From the NCBI GenBank assembly GCA_002269645.1, contig NIVC01000717.1:248001-312000 (forward strand): a stretch of DNA of 64,000 bases, written 5' to 3'. The stretch's first letter is position 1. Every line of letters starts with the position of its first letter. Shown here piece after piece: positions 63,901-64,000 of this stretch. Made by a program: the position numbers and the translations under genes. The notes beneath the pieces were generated by a model. That model saw nothing but the letters and a program-made list of their open reading frames with translations, did not search any database and was not told the DNA's origin. This DNA comes from Macrostomum lignano. Its lineage: Eukaryota.

Positions 63901-64000
63901 TAATTAGAGTTTTTATCAGTTATCCATTGCCTCGGTATTTATTATCTAATCTGCGGTTCAGTTCTATAGCGAATTCTCCGAAGCGACTCCGTTTGTACTA

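Overview
This is eukaryotic (metazoan) genomic DNA with spliceosomal GT-AG introns. There are no prokaryotic operons, rRNA, bona fide tRNA or CRISPR arrays. GC-rich exons, peptide-GPCR paralogues and very dense satellites suggest an invertebrate, plausibly a free-living flatworm, but this is inference only. Gene models were reconstructed by hand with consistent splice phases: (1) a partial peptide-type GPCR (-, 739-1689); (2) an orphan ~1059-aa protein (+, 10185..10205 joined to 11065..14223) with C2-like N-terminal modules and three copies of an unrecognised ~180-aa helical domain (LVP..G.Y..HDIW / AIVRGRxExxLVxP); (3) a 6-exon, 602-aa furin-activated matrix metalloproteinase with MMP21-like features (-, 19348-25286); (4) RPS8 (-, 2 exons) head-to-head with (5) a 10-exon, 594-aa KATNAL2 (+, 34781-41294); (6,7) two tandem GPCR paralogues ~14.9 kb apart (-, 45861-47117 and 60793-62022). 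Each paralogue carries one in-frame TGA at a different codon, and one of these splits the receptor in ICL3 into TM1-5 and an ATG-led TM6-7 ORF. Mobile DNA comprises a three-level nest (interspersed repeat, decayed mariner, perfect 153-bp-arm MITE), a decayed RT-RNase H LINE, a truncated R1/Loa-like LINE with a 12-bp TSD, and a putative tRNA-derived SINE in two copies. More than 20 tandem arrays are present, including a 5.8-kb (GCCTCTA)n satellite with higher-order repeats and two inverted arrays of YY1-like ATGGCGCC motifs flanking RPS8.
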